Shown piece by piece: positions 38,301 through 38,998 of a DNA stretch of 38,998 bases. The stretch covers positions 1 to 38,998 of the IMG/VR virus record IMGVR_UViG_3300024344_000046, one strand, 5' to 3'. Numbering within the stretch: position 1 is the stretch's first letter; each line of letters starts with the position of its first letter. The DNA comes from a virus (lineage: Duplodnaviria > Caudoviricetes). Below the pieces are notes generated by a model. It saw only the letters and a list, made by a program, of their open reading frames with translations, was not told the origin of the DNA and did no database searches. Made by a program: the position numbers and the translations under genes.

Positions 38301-38998
38301 CTCTTCCGCCAGAAAGATTCTTCCTAAAGATTCCTCTTGATCTTGTTCCAACGCCCGCTTTTTTCGGTCCTCCACCGCCCATACCCATGAACATAGGGGC
38401 AGCAAACAATAAAGAAGTCCCAATACTCATAAGGGCTGAGGTCATTGCTTGACCTTTTTCCTCAACTCCTGCTGCAGTGTCGCTCATAGCATCTATAAGC
38501 ATAGGGCCGGTCATCGCTAGCTCCATAGCGATCATCGCGAAGCCCATACCCTTCATGCCTCCCATACCTCCTGCGCCTGCTCCTGCTGCGCCTCGCTTAT
38601 TGGTAGGAGTCCTTTGCTTCTTTTGTTGCTGTTGCTGTTTTTTCTGCTGCTGTTGTTGTTGTTTGTTCTGCTTTTGTGATTGCTGCTGCTGTTGCCTTTG
38701 TTGTTGCTGCTGTTGCCTTTGTTGTTGCTGCTGTTGCCTTTGTTGTTGCTGTTGTTTTTGTGGCTGTGCTGCTTGCTGTTGAGCGTTAAGTACCTGCTGC
38801 TGAGCAAAAGCATGTCCAGCTGGTTTGACTGTAGTAGGTGCTAGCTGAAGGCCTGAAGTGGTGACGCCTCCGCCTCGATTGCCTACTCCGATGTTAAGGT
38901 TATTTCTTGGAGGTGCTCCGGGAAGCGGTAATCTGCCTTGTGGGACAGAACCTCGATTGCCTACTCCGATGTTAAGGTTATTTCTTGGAGGTGCTCCG
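32386..38998 (-). CDS. Tape-measure-like giant protein, partial (more than 2200 aa; start lies outside the window)
   Basis: The frame of the 2059-aa ORF stays open from 38565 to the window end (GAPPRNNLNIGVGNRG...QQQ...). It has long Ala/Gln/Leu-rich helical stretches and Gly/Ala-rich hydrophobic segments ('GAALGFILGGPVGAAIGGGIGIFAG'). Confidence 0.7.
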   Translation of the reverse strand, partial: GAPPRNNLNIGVGNRGSVPQGRLPLPGAPPRNNLNIGVGNRGGGVTTSGLQLAPTTVKPAGHAFAQQQVLNAQQQAAQPQKQQQQQRQQQQQQRQQQQQQRQQQQQSQKQNKQQQQQQKKQQQQQKKQRTPTNKRGAAGAGAGGMGGMKGMGFAMIAMELAMTGPMLIDAMSDTAAGVEEKGQAMTSALMSIGTSLLFAAPMFMGMGGGGPKKAGVGTRSRGIFRKNLSGGRGLGTSLSRAGGSVTGGGKLRGLGRMSMRGTGFGMAALGPAIAGAVGVALAGPISEFATGVQNLETIGAQQIKGSRLETAEGARQRGAIKGGVAGGSAGAALGFILGGPVGAAIGGGIGIFAGKAIGQANAAADKIRFDAIAGLNDASKEAGEALHKLANDAFVTADDIDKANRKNVEMFNRLSSAGGDFESARGVGFMGGDAERAQFMRVGEGISSIFSFFSGGAFRGGGGVDSIESGSQRELLQRAGSKDPIMDFLSRAGMTFDSQEKSQREIDQDVAAGELVIEGRGFAEALKNFDPKIAEQSAAALANVLGSVTDTIILASNDSKGKIEELQAFLSKIDTSDPKKAQKNFTEIQKALDLGLLGEAGKKAAATIRIDLGNQLFAATQGALETLGKQDAAALSGAIKRVQQAAASGDIDAFNQALASGNSLLGRAGPAYSGVQRQFNRLTQQAMANSVALTEQSISQAVVNNLLEASGKAMDGMVTALQKLTNAMEQTLNSFDVFVSNAEKRVGSLLSGEADFSLDEVVNPFENLDIQGLEQGGVTDAIRAGFAEIESVGGTGASGTLEGLEGVPGFAAALPDVLKDSLNAITEDVTARGGQLGTNQQMLDTIRERAQAAGAEGPVLDAFMKQMEATLTQARQGEGGIDAIRAALGNTGDIVEQFGGATQEIIDQLSAQFDAAREIAQRSADIAKLQRDVQLKLRDFDKKRDDIDKRVGEVTGTRKGGLAEAQADLNQSIARQTGQAVSIGGRVVAGGVATANVGELQARQTSLQQEKARIEAQLAQPGQGTNTELIGQLATVKGALEDTTGALSTLADDTTRLAAIESEIADLQSKQLAEQDSLKGTFERLQGIQEKINRGDFKGAAEDRKAIRDDFRAVELLETGGELTTGQMSKLLSGQLDPILTAGGKTQEEIAKLKTQASVQARGVAIQGLGQLGINAQGFFAGVDQGAAIDRKKDEAAAIGQQQKDALNVMEDRVRKQAVTEMDRLNTAVDDLRIQMQLAAFSAEELRKADSVEKRDVSEFMGTEVNDMLARGGTAREVTLAGNRGTTAFGNFGASFAGADLSDQNVRDKIDTGISGELERLDELKNLVTSASDFNAIEKEEKRLLGIRAKLASTQKDAIKAQEEAYEADRKAAKDRARANIEAENERLKATRGGRPLGDAESIASGNLFTTAPVAGPTRGKPKTREELIVDVSNVTLDDIEKNSIDPVRKPAPKELKKVMKTLQGSELDKEKIKKLKGLGGGGFQNIEPGKMRKSSQASAIGAAIHDAIALPIAPTIEPAAVKKSLKDLGVQTEGMFKESTEKGIKNVDPFAMEAASDAFPDPFTDKDGKLKEQFDPTKSPSEAVRVRHDIEQRAKDKIERDEARKKLAQADSTIIAGDANTAAYRDRASRDKRRGQLQSMRDTGTASSLDLEELDHLQNIATSDIHLDNLNKTRGKVSEFAKSRGISLKGSDEDIFKRLSAAGPEGQGLSDKLRQDLATHRSYIEKAKGSTVSLTGAAGFGEEAAGRLRNKDGGTTGELETYRTTTFAASVSGRRKAMLEQAKKDKAEAEARLAQPELTSQLADTGPQYKSTYKGRANENETEMERRIRLNKELGGRPVGRVESRFGISNSKLRLADAIKAGEFEGTGLLTDASGAGASKAERRMGNAAYEAQGLIPQGKIRSFKGYDPDKIGFDVLKKDSYLGSRLTNQEVSTAIEFRRQQQLKSGQIDPMTGALTDKGKEAQGRYSDKATLQNTQERLLGKRERINQARNMLRSGKLKKDQVQEYIKTGMMPGQKAQGQIMGTEGAMSQVDQFGNPVTDPFGGFGKQPFDVTGGKTPGRAGSSYVDPSAGGMTPEQRVRAEGAIGSMSHYLPDDFFKNPSVGGMQYTDPAAAGGQAPIVGPEAVTAMSSLTTAFASIKDGVKIQAVDVRLDQGNILEAIKTVVADAVAAKVAEMPGMGSSQPTNSTLDSPSPAPQQPSFR
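38617..38805 (-). repeat. CAG/CAA-rich poly-glutamine tract containing three exact 21-nt tandem units
   Basis: TGCTGCTGTTGCCTTTGTTGT at 38684, 38705 and 38726 encodes (QQQQQQR)n on the - strand. Confidence 0.9.
38873..38998. repeat. Exact 48-bp direct repeat with 78-nt period (in-frame peptide repeat GAPPRNNLNIGVGNRG)
   Basis: CCTCGATTGCCTACTCCGATGTTAAGGTTATTTCTTGGAGGTGCTCCG at 38873-38920 and 38951-38998. The second copy reaches the window edge. Confidence 0.9.

Noticed and set aside
24002-38452. Short + strand ORFs across the structural block
   Set aside because: They are antisense shadows of long - strand genes, and their repeats mirror those of the fibre gene.
38477-38813. Poly-Cys ORF (+, 38477-38782) and Asn/Ser-rich ORF (-, 38553-38813)
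   Set aside because: These are antisense and alternative-frame shadows of the poly-Gln tract in the long - strand ORF.
1-38998. tRNA/rRNA genes or stop-codon reassignment
   Set aside because: No cloverleaf or rRNA-like sequence was seen in the few intergenic gaps, and genes tile the window under the standard code using all three stop codons.

Overview
The window is part of a large dsDNA bacteriophage genome with two converging gene blocks that meet at a terminator near 22.6 kb. The + strand (1-22.6 kb) carries recombination and replication genes: RecA-like recombinase (partial), DnaB helicase, DnaG primase, dNMP kinase, Cas4/RecB-like nuclease, a DnaE polymerase split into two genes around a DnaQ-like exonuclease, and a small sigma factor. 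A roughly 7 kb glycosyltransferase/nucleotidyltransferase cluster follows. The - strand (22.6-39 kb) carries probable virion genes: Cys-rich repeat fibre-like proteins, two probable tail/baseplate proteins and a partial tape-measure-like giant ORF with a poly-Gln tract. The most notable element is at 895-2469. A stand-alone TnpB/Cas12f-like RuvC gene with non-canonical catalytic residues is flanked by five head-to-tail units of about 70 nt (three upstream, two downstream). The units differ in sequence but all fit the same interlocked double-pseudoknot fold, with compensatory changes and G-U pairs on the + strand. It is not a CRISPR array, and I do not recognise it as a described RNA family. 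All product calls come from motif recognition by eye, with no database searches.
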